The position numbers and the translations under genes were made by a program. Shown here in pieces: positions 22,845 through 34,457 of a stretch of 64,000 bases of DNA. Source of the DNA: Anaeromyxobacteraceae bacterium (lineage in GTDB: Bacteria > Myxococcota > Myxococcia > Myxococcales > Anaeromyxobacteraceae); NCBI GenBank assembly GCA_032654565.1, contig JAULAX010000018.1, forward strand, positions 384,001-448,000, given 5' to 3'. Position 1 is the first letter of the stretch. Each line of letters begins with the position of its first letter. The notes below the pieces were generated by a model. That model was not told where the DNA came from, searched no databases, and worked only from the letters and a program-made list of their open reading frames with translations.

Positions 22845-23837
22845 ATGGCGCTCCACACCGTCCTCACCACCGGCCAGCTGGCCGAGGCCGCCGGCCGCTT
22901 CGGCCTCCCCCCGCCCGACCGGGCCCAGCCCGAGCCGCGGGGCCGGAGCAACACCAGCTACCACCTGCAGGTGGGGCCCGACCGCTGGTTCCTCCGGCTG
23001 GCCGAGGGCAGGTCGGAGGCCGAGGTGGCCTTCGAGGCCGCGGTGATGAGCTTCCTCTTCGACGCCCACTTCCCGGTGCCGCGGCTGGTGCTGGCCACCG
23101 ACGGCCGGCCGTTCGCCGAGGTGGCGGGGCGACCGGCCATGCTCTTCGCCTTCGCGCCCGGCGAGTCGGTGGACCGGGCCGGCGCCGGACCCGACCGCTG
23201 CCGGCGGGTGGGGGAGCAGCTGGGGCGGCTCCACGAGCTCTCCTCCGGGTTCACGCTGGAGCGTGAGAACCCCTTCGGCCCGTCCCGGGTGGCCGGGTGG
23301 CTGGGGGCGGTGGCGTCGTCGCCGGGGCTCGACGCCGAGGCCCGGGCGGCGCTGCCCCTGCTCGGCGATGAGCTGGCGGCCGCCGAGCGGCTGCCGGGCG
23401 CGCCCCGCGGGCTCTGCCACGGGGACCTCTTCATCGACAACGTCCTCTGGGTCGGCGACCGGGTGAGCTACCTCCTCGACTGGGAGATGGCCTGCCTGGC
23501 CCCGTTCGCCTACGACCTGGCGGTGGCCGTCGACGCCTGGTGCTTCACCGACCGGTACGACCCGGCCCGGGTCCGCGCCCTGCTCGACGGGTACCGCTCC
23601 AGGCGGCGGATCGAGCCGGAGACGGTGGAGGCGCTGCCGGCCTGGGCGCGCTGGGCGGCGCTGCGCTTCACGGTGAGCCGCCTCCACGCCAGCCTCGGCC
23701 CGGCGCTGCCGGCCGACCGGGTGGTGAGCAAGGACTGGCGGCGCTACCGGGACCGGCTCACCGCGCTGCGGGCGCTGGGGGCGGCCGGGTACCGCGAGCT
23801 GCTGGGGCCGGCCTCCGGTCCTACAGCCCCGCGGTGA
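22845..23837 (+). CDS. thrB: Homoserine kinase type II (APH family)
   Basis: NTSY, GLCHGDLFIDNVLW, LLDWE, YDLAVAVDAWC. Confidence 0.8.
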   Translation: MALHTVLTTGQLAEAAGRFGLPPPDRAQPEPRGRSNTSYHLQVGPDRWFLRLAEGRSEAEVAFEAAVMSFLFDAHFPVPRLVLATDGRPFAEVAGRPAMLFAFAPGESVDRAGAGPDRCRRVGEQLGRLHELSSGFTLERENPFGPSRVAGWLGAVASSPGLDAEARAALPLLGDELAAAERLPGAPRGLCHGDLFIDNVLWVGDRVSYLLDWEMACLAPFAYDLAVAVDAWCFTDRYDPARVRALLDGYRSRRRIEPETVEALPAWARWAALRFTVSRLHASLGPALPADRVVSKDWRRYRDRLTALRALGAAGYRELLGPASGPTAPR

Positions 23838-24282
23838 TCTTCCAGGCGCCGCCCTGCTTCTTGAAGCGCATCTGGCTGATGTCGGAGGGGCGCTTGGCCA
23901 CCGGGCCGCCCGGGGTGATCACCCGGTAGGCGGCGTCGTAGAAGACCTCGGCGCGGGCCTCCTCGCCGTTCACCTCGATCCGCTTCACCCCCATGTCGAT
24001 CATCACCGACTCCACCTTGCCGAGGTCGGTGGCCAGGAACTTCTCCAGGGTCTCGCGGCTGACGTCGTCGCCCGGGTCGGGCGTGCCCGAGCCGTCGTAG
24101 TAGTCGGGGGAGACCAGGAGGAGGATGGCGGCGGCGTCCTTCTTCCGCAGCGCCTCGCCGTACTGCTTGATGACCTCGTAGACCGCCCGGTTCTCCCTGG
24201 AGTCGACGATCTCGGTGTTGGGGATCCGGCTGGGGGCGCAGGCGAGGAGCAGGGCGAGGAGCGGCAGGAGGCGGGAGCGCAT
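23821..24282 (-). CDS. Lipoprotein with NTF2/SnoaL-like domain
   Basis: Lipobox LLAC; C-terminal GGAWKITAGL. Confidence 0.65.
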   Translation of the reverse strand: MRSRLLPLLALLLACAPSRIPNTEIVDSRENRAVYEVIKQYGEALRKKDAAAILLLVSPDYYDGSGTPDPGDDVSRETLEKFLATDLGKVESVMIDMGVKRIEVNGEEARAEVFYDAAYRVITPGGPVAKRPSDISQMRFKKQGGAWKITAGL

Positions 24283-24374
24283 GCAGGAGCGTTAGCGCGG
24301 CTCCGGGTGAGCGTCAACTCACCGGCCCCCTCGGGCCGGGCGCCGGCCGGTGCGCCGCGGCCAGGCCCGGCGGC

Positions 24375-24403
24375 TTGCCGGCGGTCGGCGACGCCGCTAC
24401 CGT
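24375..24403 (+). promoter_or_regulatory. Sigma70-type promoter, leaderless configuration
   Basis: TTGCCG-N17-TACCGT, 6 nt before GTG 24410. Confidence 0.55.
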
Positions 24404-24409
24404 CCGGCC

Positions 24410-24871
24410 GTGACCGCGCCCGGGAGCAGCCTCGCCACCCTGACCGCCTTCTTCGCCGCGGCCCCGGCGGCGGCCCGGGCGGTGCGCCCGCTCTCGCCCG
24501 CGGCGCGGATCCGGCTCGAGCTGGAGGAGGGGCCGGCCGCCTTCACCCTGGCCGACGGCACCCCTCGCCTCGGCGCCGGCGCGCCGGGCGACCCCGACTT
24601 CACGCTCCGGCTGCCGGCGGGGGCGGTGGCCCGGCTCTGCGCCCGCCCCGAGGCCGGGGTCGGCGAGCTGGGGCTGCTCTTCTTCACGCTGCTGCTGGAG
24701 CGCGACCCGGCCCTGCGCGTCGGGGTGCGGCTCCACGCCGCCACCGGCCGCCTGCTGGCCAACGGCTACCTGGCGGTGCTCGCCCTGGGCGGCCCGCGGG
24801 TGGCGCTCTGGCTGCTGCGGCGGGGGCTGGCCGATCCGCGGGCCGTCCTGGAGCGGCTCCGCCGGCGCTGA
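24410..24871 (+). CDS. Hypothetical protein, SCP2-like
   Basis: Plausible ORF with a DPDFTLRL motif. Confidence 0.55.
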   Translation: MTAPGSSLATLTAFFAAAPAAARAVRPLSPAARIRLELEEGPAAFTLADGTPRLGAGAPGDPDFTLRLPAGAVARLCARPEAGVGELGLLFFTLLLERDPALRVGVRLHAATGRLLANGYLAVLALGGPRVALWLLRRGLADPRAVLERLRRR

Positions 24872-24904
24872 AGGTAGAGCCGGGCGGAGCCGCCGTCCCG
24901 CCGC

Positions 24905-25405
24905 TCAGGCGATCTTCTGGTACCTGGCGGCGGGCGCCCCGCAGAGCGGGCACTTCTCCGGCGGCGGGCCGAACTCGATGTCCCCGCAGACCGGGCAGAG
25001 GTAGACGTCCATGGTGGAGAGATCCTTGCCCGCCTTCATGGCGGCCAGCGCCTCCTTGAAGAGCCGGGCGTGGACCTGCTCGGCGGCCAGGGCGTAGGCC
25101 AGCATGTGGCGACCCTTGTGCCCCTCCTCCTGGGCCGTCTTCACCATGGGCGGGTACATCTCGGTGAACTCGTAGGTCTCGCCGGCCACCGCGGCCTCGA
25201 GGTTCTGCAGCGTGGTGCCGACGCCCCCCATGTTGGCGAAGTGGGCCAGGGCGTGGATGGTCTCGGCCTCGGCGGCGCTGCGGAAGAGGCGGGCGATCTG
25301 CGGGAGCCCCTCCTTGTCGGCGGCCTTGGCGAAGGCCAGGTACTTGCGGTTGGCCTGGCTCTCGCCGGCGAAGGCGACGGCCAGGTTCTCGTTTGTGGTC
25401 GGCAT
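24905..25405 (-). CDS. rbr: Rubrerythrin
   Basis: AFAGESQANRKY, EAETIHA, GETYE, CPVCG...CPLCG. Confidence 0.93.
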   Translation of the reverse strand: MPTTNENLAVAFAGESQANRKYLAFAKAADKEGLPQIARLFRSAAEAETIHALAHFANMGGVGTTLQNLEAAVAGETYEFTEMYPPMVKTAQEEGHKGRHMLAYALAAEQVHARLFKEALAAMKAGKDLSTMDVYLCPVCGDIEFGPPPEKCPLCGAPAARYQKIA

Positions 25406-25448
25406 CGGTGCTCCCCTTGGATGGTGGAGCGCCGAGTGTACCCGCGGA

Positions 25449-28313
<2,865 letters not shown>

Positions 28314-28422
28314 GGAGGCAGGTATCTAACGCGCCGGGGCCCCGGTGGCCACCCGCCCTGCCCCCCGCCGGCCCCACCCGCTCCCTTCCGTGACCCCCAC
28401 CGAGGTGGTACGACCGCGGGTC

Positions 28423-29394
28423 ATGGCCAGCCCCGGAATGCCACTGTCGGTGCCAGCACCGCTGCCGGTGCCCAGCCGGGGCCGGGCGCGGACCTTGCTC
28501 TTCGGCGCCGGCGTGCTCTTCGGCCTCTCCGCCATGCTGGCCCGGCTGGCCTCCACCGGCGGCCAGATGAGCGGCGGGCGGGTGACCCTGGTCCGCTTCG
28601 TGGTCGGGGTGGTGGCGGTGCTGGCGCTCTTCGTGGCCCGCCCCGGGACCTTCCGGCCGGTCCGCTACTCGCTGCTGGTCTCCCGTGGCCTCTTCGGGGG
28701 GCTGGCCGCCCTCTGCTACTTCATGGCCCTCTCGCTCATCCCCGCCGGCGAGGCCACGCTGCTCAACAACACCTTCCCCATCTGGGCGGTGCTGCTCTCC
28801 TTCTTCCTGCTCGGTGAGCGCCCCACCTTCCACCTGGCGGTGGCGCTGGTGATCGCCTCGGCCGGCGTCTTCCTGGTGGTGGGCGACGGGCGGCTCAGCT
28901 TCTCGCTCGGCCTCGGCGAGGGGCTGGGCATCCTCTCGGCGGTGCTGGGCGGCTTCGCCGTCACCAGCATCCGCGCCCTGCGGGCCACCGACAACGCCCC
29001 CACCATCTTCTTCGCCATGGCGGTGGGCGGGGTGCTGGTCTCGCTCCCCTTCGCCTTCGGCCCCTGGGCCACCGGCGCCTGGCCGGTCGACCTGCTGCCC
29101 TGGGTGGCGGCCGGCGCCTGCGGGGTGGTGGCCTTCCTGGCCCAGCTGCTCATGACCGAGGCCTACGGCACCCTCTCGGTGCCGGAGGCGGCCCTCTGGC
29201 AGCAGCTGACGCCGCTGGCCACCTTCGGCTGGGCGCTGGCCATCGGCGAGCGGCTCACCGGCGTCACCCTGCTGGGCGTGCTGCTGGGCATCGCCGGGGT
29301 GGTCTACGGCGCCGTGCTCGGCCACGTGCCGCGCCCCGGCGCCAGCCCGGTGCTGCGCGAGGCGGCGGCCGGCCTGCCCACCGAGGAGCCATGA
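28423..29394 (+). CDS. DMT/EamA family transporter
   Basis: About 10 TMs, LLGERP motif; start uncertain. Confidence 0.85.
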   Translation: MASPGMPLSVPAPLPVPSRGRARTLLFGAGVLFGLSAMLARLASTGGQMSGGRVTLVRFVVGVVAVLALFVARPGTFRPVRYSLLVSRGLFGGLAALCYFMALSLIPAGEATLLNNTFPIWAVLLSFFLLGERPTFHLAVALVIASAGVFLVVGDGRLSFSLGLGEGLGILSAVLGGFAVTSIRALRATDNAPTIFFAMAVGGVLVSLPFAFGPWATGAWPVDLLPWVAAGACGVVAFLAQLLMTEAYGTLSVPEAALWQQLTPLATFGWALAIGERLTGVTLLGVLLGIAGVVYGAVLGHVPRPGASPVLREAAAGLPTEEP

Positions 29395-30302
29395 GCGGCC
29401 CCGGCACCCGGGGGCGGGCGCGGCTGCTGCTGCTCGGCTCGGCGCTCTGCTTCGGGCTGATGGCGGTGCTGGCCCGCCACCTCTCCCGCGGCCCCGGCGC
29501 CTTCACCGCCGGCCACCTCTCGGTGATCCGCTTCGGGCTGGGGGCGGCCGTCTCGCTGCTGGCCTTCCGCCTCCGCCCCGGCCTCCACGCCCCGCAGCGG
29601 CTGCGCCTGCTCTGGACCCGCGGCCTCTCCGGCGGCGTGGTGGTGGTGCTCTACTTCCTGGCGCTGGCCCGCATCCCGGCCGGCGAGGCGGGGATGCTCT
29701 ACAACCTCTTCCCGGTCATCGCCACGCTGCTGGCCATCCCGGTCTTCGGCGAGCGCCCCACCGTCCACCTGCTGCTGGCGCTGCTGGTGGCCTCGGCCGG
29801 GGTGGGGCTGGTGCTGGGGGGCGGAACCCTCTCGCTGGGGCTGGGGGCCGGCGAGCTCTTCGCCCTGGCGGCGGCCTGCTTCGCCGCCTTCTCGGCGGTG
29901 ACCATCCGGGCCATGCGCCCCACCGAGAACGCCGCCACCATCTTCTTCTACTTCTGCCTGGGCGGCCTGCCGGTGGCGCTCCCCTTCGCGCTCGATCCCT
30001 GGCCGCTCGACCCGGCGGCCTGGGGGCTGGCGGCGCTGATGGCGCTGGCCGCCTACGGCGCCCAGGTGCTGATGGCCGAGGCCTACGGGGCGCTCACCGT
30101 GGGCGAGGCGGCCATCTGGCTGCAGCTGACCCCCATCGCCCAGGTGGCGCTGGGGGCGGCGCTGCTCTCGGAGCGGCTCCCGCCGCTGGCGCTGGTGGGG
30201 GTGGTGGTGGGGGTGGCCGGCGTGGCCTACGGCTCGGTGATGGGGGCGAGGCGCCCCGTCGACGGTGACGGACTGCTGCGCGCCGGAGCGGGGAAGCGGT
30301 AG
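29391..30302 (+). CDS. DMT/EamA family transporter (tandem paralog)
   Basis: Similar to the upstream gene; ATGA overlap. Confidence 0.85.
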   Translation: MSGPGTRGRARLLLLGSALCFGLMAVLARHLSRGPGAFTAGHLSVIRFGLGAAVSLLAFRLRPGLHAPQRLRLLWTRGLSGGVVVVLYFLALARIPAGEAGMLYNLFPVIATLLAIPVFGERPTVHLLLALLVASAGVGLVLGGGTLSLGLGAGELFALAAACFAAFSAVTIRAMRPTENAATIFFYFCLGGLPVALPFALDPWPLDPAAWGLAALMALAAYGAQVLMAEAYGALTVGEAAIWLQLTPIAQVALGAALLSERLPPLALVGVVVGVAGVAYGSVMGARRPVDGDGLLRAGAGKR

Positions 30303-30351
30303 AGTCCCCGGGCGCCTCACGCTGGTCCACCACCGCCCCCGGAGACCCACC

Positions 30352-30900
30352 ATGCGCCACCTCGTCGCCGTCCTCGCCCTCAGCCTGGCCCTCCCTGCGT
30401 TCGCCCGCGAGGTGGCGGGGGTCCAGGTCCCCGACGCCGCCACCGTGGGCGGCAAGACCCTGGCGCTCAACGGCGCCGGCCTGCGCTCCAAGCTCTTCAT
30501 CAAGGTCTACGTGGGCGCGCTCTACCTGGAGCAGCGCTCCTCCGACGCCGCCGCCATCGTCGCCGCCGACGCCCCCTGGAAGGTGGCGATGTTCTTCAAG
30601 CGCGACGTCGACAAGTCGTCGATCCTGGGCGCCTTCAAGGACGGGTTCGAGAACAACTCCAAGGCCGACCTGGCCAAGGTGGTCCCCAGCCTGGCCCGCA
30701 TCGACGCCATCATGAAGGACCTGAAGAGCGGCGACGTGCTGGAGATCTCCTACGTCCCCGGGGCCGGCTCCACCGTGGCCGCGCCGGGCGGGGCCACCGT
30801 CACCATCGAGGGCAAGACCTTCGCCGACGCCCTGCTGCGCAACTGGCTGGGCGACAAGCCGGCCGACGGCGACCTGAAGAGCGGGATGCTGGGGAAGTAG
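30352..30900 (+). CDS. Chalcone isomerase-like exported protein
   Basis: Signal peptide; LNGAGLRSKLFIKVYVGALY; WLGDKPAD..LK. Confidence 0.85.
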   Translation: MRHLVAVLALSLALPAFAREVAGVQVPDAATVGGKTLALNGAGLRSKLFIKVYVGALYLEQRSSDAAAIVAADAPWKVAMFFKRDVDKSSILGAFKDGFENNSKADLAKVVPSLARIDAIMKDLKSGDVLEISYVPGAGSTVAAPGGATVTIEGKTFADALLRNWLGDKPADGDLKSGMLGK

Positions 30901-31068
30901 CGCGCCGGACCTGGCCTGGCTGGCGGCGCAGGAGGTCGGCCGGCCGGGGGCGTGGCCGAGGCTGGCCGGGCCAGGAGGCACGTGACACCGGGCCGGTGCC
31001 AGCGTGACTCCTGGTCACTGGTCACGACCTTGAGCGGCTCGACCTGTACCCGGAGGTGGTCCCTCCTT

Positions 31069-31094
31069 CGCAACTTCGTGCGCCCGAAGTTGCG
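31069..31094. terminator. Perfect 10-bp stem-loop between convergent genes
   Basis: CGCAACTTCG-TGCGCC-CGAAGTTGCG followed by TTT. Confidence 0.55.
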
Positions 31095-31109
31095 TTTGGG
31101 GGAGGCGAC

Positions 31110-31853
31110 TCAGTCCCTTCGCCGTCCGCCCAGCAGCTGCAGCACCGCCAGGAACAGGTTGATGAAGTCGAGGTAGAGCGAGAGCGCCCCGCCGATGGGG
31201 GCGCCGGCCGTGGTGGCGCCGCCGGCCCGGGCGTAGGCCCGGAGCTTCTGGGTGTCGTAGGCGGTCAGGCCGGTGAAGACCACCACCGCGGCGCAGGAGA
31301 TGACGAACTGCATCGCCGAGCTCTGCAAGAACATGTTGACCAGGCCGGCGATGACCACCCCGAAGAGCCCCATCACCAGGAACGAGCTCCAGCTGGTCAG
31401 GTCGCGGCTGGTCACGGTGCCGTAGACGCTCATGGCGGCGAAGGTGCCGGCGGTGATGCCGAAGGCCAGCGCCACCGAGTCGCCGGTGTAGACCAGCAGC
31501 AGCACCGAGAAGGTCACCCCGGTGAGCGCCGAGTAGAGCAGGAAGAGCCCGCCGGCGGCGGCGCGAGAGAGGCGCGGCAGCATCGACGAGAGGGCGATGA
31601 CCACGCCGAACTGGGCGATCATCAGGCCGTAGAAGACCCAGCGGTTCCGGACCACCACCTCGAGCACCGCCGGGGTGGCGGCGACGGTGAAGGCGACGCC
31701 GGCGGTGACCAGCAGCCCCAGCGCCATCCAGCGGTAGACGGCGCCGATGAAGGCGCGCTCGGCGCTGACCGCGCCGACGGCGTAGGGGGGCGGCTGGCCG
31801 GTGACGGTGATGGGGTAGGGCGAGCGGGCCTGCGGCTTGGGTTCGAAGGGCAT
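31110..31853 (-). CDS. Bax inhibitor-1/YccA family membrane protein
   Basis: VYRWMALGL, GLTAYDTQKL, ALSLYLDFINLF. Confidence 0.93.
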   Translation of the reverse strand: MPFEPKPQARSPYPITVTGQPPPYAVGAVSAERAFIGAVYRWMALGLLVTAGVAFTVAATPAVLEVVVRNRWVFYGLMIAQFGVVIALSSMLPRLSRAAAGGLFLLYSALTGVTFSVLLLVYTGDSVALAFGITAGTFAAMSVYGTVTSRDLTSWSSFLVMGLFGVVIAGLVNMFLQSSAMQFVISCAAVVVFTGLTAYDTQKLRAYARAGGATTAGAPIGGALSLYLDFINLFLAVLQLLGGRRRD

Positions 31854-31880
31854 GGCGATCTCTCTAACACGCGGGGGGTG

Positions 31881-32225
31881 TCATTTCTTCCGGAAGAGGG
31901 CCTCCAGGGCGTCGCGGGGGTCCTCCTCGCGGGCGGCGGGGGCCTCGCCGAAGAGGGCCCGCAGGGCGTCCTTGGCCTGGCGCGACGACTGCCGCCGGCG
32001 TGGGGCGCCGTCGCCGAGCTGGAACAGGTCGCAGGGGTTGGAGCCGAGCTTGTCGACGATCCGGTCGGCGTGGGGCTCGCGGCACTCGTTGCCGGCGGTC
32101 TCGTCGTGGTGCCGGCAGTTGATGCAGCGGTGCAGGTCGGCGTCGCACTCGGGGCAGGTGGTGCGCCGGCCGATGGGGCCGTCGAAGACCAGGGTGGCGC
32201 CGCAGCCGTAGCAGGAGGTGGCCAT
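31881..32225 (-). CDS. Small Cys-rich (Zn-binding) protein
   Basis: CYGC, CPECDADLHRCINC, further Cys residues. Confidence 0.75.
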   Translation of the reverse strand: MATSCYGCGATLVFDGPIGRRTTCPECDADLHRCINCRHHDETAGNECREPHADRIVDKLGSNPCDLFQLGDGAPRRRQSSRQAKDALRALFGEAPAAREEDPRDALEALFRKK

Positions 32226-32260
32226 GGCGGTATCATGAATCGGCCGGGGTGCCGGCGGCA

Positions 32261-33205
32261 ATGCGAGAACCGATCCCCTTCGGAAAGTACCTGCTGCTGG
32301 ACCGGCTCGCCGTCGGCGGGATGGCCGAGGTCTGGCTGGCGGTGCGCCCGGTGGCCCCCCGCCAGCGGCTGGTGGTGAAGCGGCTCCTCCCCACGCTGGC
32401 CGACGATCCCACCTTCGTCACCATGTTCCTCGACGAGGCCCGCCTCGGGGCCCAGCTCGACCACCCCGGCGTGGTCCCGCTCCACGACCTGGGGCGGGAG
32501 CCGGGCGGCTACTACCTGGCCATGGACTACGTCCCCGGGGCCGACCTGCGCGCCCTGCTGGTCCGGCTCCGCTCCCGGCGGCGGCTGCTCCCGGTGGCGC
32601 TGGCCTGCTGGATCGGCGTCCGGGTCGCCGAGGCGCTCGACCACGCCCACCGCGCCACCGGCCGGGACGGGGCCCCGCTCCAGGTGGTCCACCGCGACCT
32701 CTCCCCGGCCAACGTGCTGCTCGGCTTCGACGGCGGGGTCCGGGTCATCGACTTCGGGGTGGCCAGCGCCGCCTTCCGCGCCCACCGGGAGGGGACGGCG
32801 CTGCGCGGCAAGTTCGGTTACCTCTCGCCGGAGCAGGTGCGCGGGCTGCCGGTCGACCGGCGGGCCGACCTCTTCTCGCTGGGCGCCGTCCTGCACGAGG
32901 CGCTGGCCGGGGAGCGGCTCTTCCGCGGCCCCTCGGACCTCGCCGTGCTGGAGCGGGTCCGGACCGCCGACGTCCGCCCGCCGTCGCTGCGGAACCCGGC
33001 GGTGCCGCCGGGGCTCGACGCGGTGGTGCTGCGGGCCCTGGCGCGCGAGCCGGCCGACCGCTACCCCGGGGCGGACGGGCTGGCGGAGGCGCTGCGACCC
33101 TTCGCGGTGGGGGCCGGGGCCGGGGACCTGGCGGCGCTGCTCGGAGAGCTCTTCGAGGCCGAGGCCGACCGCGAGCGGGCCTGGCAGGCCGCCGGCCCGA
33201 CCTAG
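32261..33205 (+). CDS. Hanks-type Ser/Thr protein kinase
   Basis: GGMAEVW, HRDLSPANVL, DFG, GKFGYLSPEQ. Confidence 0.92.
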   Translation: MREPIPFGKYLLLDRLAVGGMAEVWLAVRPVAPRQRLVVKRLLPTLADDPTFVTMFLDEARLGAQLDHPGVVPLHDLGREPGGYYLAMDYVPGADLRALLVRLRSRRRLLPVALACWIGVRVAEALDHAHRATGRDGAPLQVVHRDLSPANVLLGFDGGVRVIDFGVASAAFRAHREGTALRGKFGYLSPEQVRGLPVDRRADLFSLGAVLHEALAGERLFRGPSDLAVLERVRTADVRPPSLRNPAVPPGLDAVVLRALAREPADRYPGADGLAEALRPFAVGAGAGDLAALLGELFEAEADRERAWQAAGPT

Positions 33206-34341
33206 TTCCTCAGCACCTTGCGGAGCGGGTCGAGGAGGACGTCGCCCACCACCCGCGGTGAACTCTCCAGGTCGGCCGCCAGCACCGCCACGGTCTCGAC
33301 GTCGAGCCGGATCCGCTCCCACTCGTCGGCGTTCACCTTGAGGAAGCCTTCGGCGATGCGGGGGTCGAACTGGGTGCCGGCGCAGCGCTCGATCTCGGCG
33401 CGCGCCTCGGAGAAGGGGCGGGCCTTGCGGTAGGGCCGGTCGCTGGTCATGGCGTCGAGGGTGTCGACCACGTGGAAGATGCGGGCCCCGATGACGATCT
33501 GCTCGCCGCGCAGGCCGCTGGGGTAGCCCGAGCCGTCCCACTTCTCCTGGTGCTGCAGGACGATCTGCGAGGCCGGGCGGAGGTAGTCGACCCGCTGCAG
33601 CAGGGCCCAGCCCAGCTCCGGGTGGCGCTTCATCTCGCTCCACTCGATGGTGTCGAGCGGCCCCTCCTTGAGCAGCACCCGGTCGCGGACCCCGATCTTG
33701 CCGATGTCGTGGAGCAGCGCGCCGTGCTCGATGACGGTGAGCTCCGGCTCGCCGAGGCCGAGGGCCTGGGCCAGGCGGCGGGCGTAGAGCGAGACCCGGC
33801 GGGAGTGCCACTGGGTCTCGGCGTCGCGGTAGTCGAGCGCGGCGATCAGCCCCTCGAGGAGCGCCTGGGTGCGGTGCCGGACCATCTCCTCCAGCTTCTG
33901 GTTCATCTCCCGGAGCTGGCCGTTCTGGCGCTGCACCTCGTTGGTCAGCCACTCGTTCTCGCTGCGGAGCCGGGCGGCCTCGGCGGCCTGGTTGACGGTG
34001 GCCACCAGCTCCTGCTGGTGCCAGGGCTTGGAGATGATGCGGAAGACCTCGCCGGCGTTGACGGCCTGCAGGGCGACGCGGAAGTCCTCGGCGGCGGTGC
34101 AGAGGATGCGGACCGCGCCCGGGGCCCGCTCCCGGGTCTGCTTGAGGAAGGAGATGCCGTCGAGGCCGGGCATCATGAAGTCGCTGATCACCACCACCGG
34201 CCGGTCCTGCTCGATGTTGGCGAGCGCGACGATGGGATCCTGGTAGCAGCGCGGATCGTAGCCGACGCTCTCGAGGATGCGCGCCAGCGCCTTGAGGATC
34301 AGCTCGTCGTCGTCGACGATGAGGACACGTTCCGCGATCAC
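33202..34341 (-). CDS. Response regulator with HD-GYP output (RpfG-like)
   Basis: Receiver (VDDD, SDFMMPG, SKPW) plus LHDIGK and HQEKWDGSGYP. Confidence 0.92.
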   Translation of the reverse strand: MIAERVLIVDDDELILKALARILESVGYDPRCYQDPIVALANIEQDRPVVVISDFMMPGLDGISFLKQTRERAPGAVRILCTAAEDFRVALQAVNAGEVFRIISKPWHQQELVATVNQAAEAARLRSENEWLTNEVQRQNGQLREMNQKLEEMVRHRTQALLEGLIAALDYRDAETQWHSRRVSLYARRLAQALGLGEPELTVIEHGALLHDIGKIGVRDRVLLKEGPLDTIEWSEMKRHPELGWALLQRVDYLRPASQIVLQHQEKWDGSGYPSGLRGEQIVIGARIFHVVDTLDAMTSDRPYRKARPFSEARAEIERCAGTQFDPRIAEGFLKVNADEWERIRLDVETVAVLAADLESSPRVVGDVLLDPLRKVLRN

Positions 34342-34457
34342 GAAGGCGGAGCAGAGCACGCGGGCGCCCGCCCCGCAAGGCTCTGGCCGGCGGTCCGGCG
34401 AGGTGCGGGGCCGGCGGCGGCGGTGTAGGCTGGCGGCCGCGGATGGAGGGAGCGCCC

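Noticed and set aside
31003..31019. CRP/FNR-type site
   Set aside because: GTGA-N7-TCAC spacing is off by one and it is not upstream of a gene
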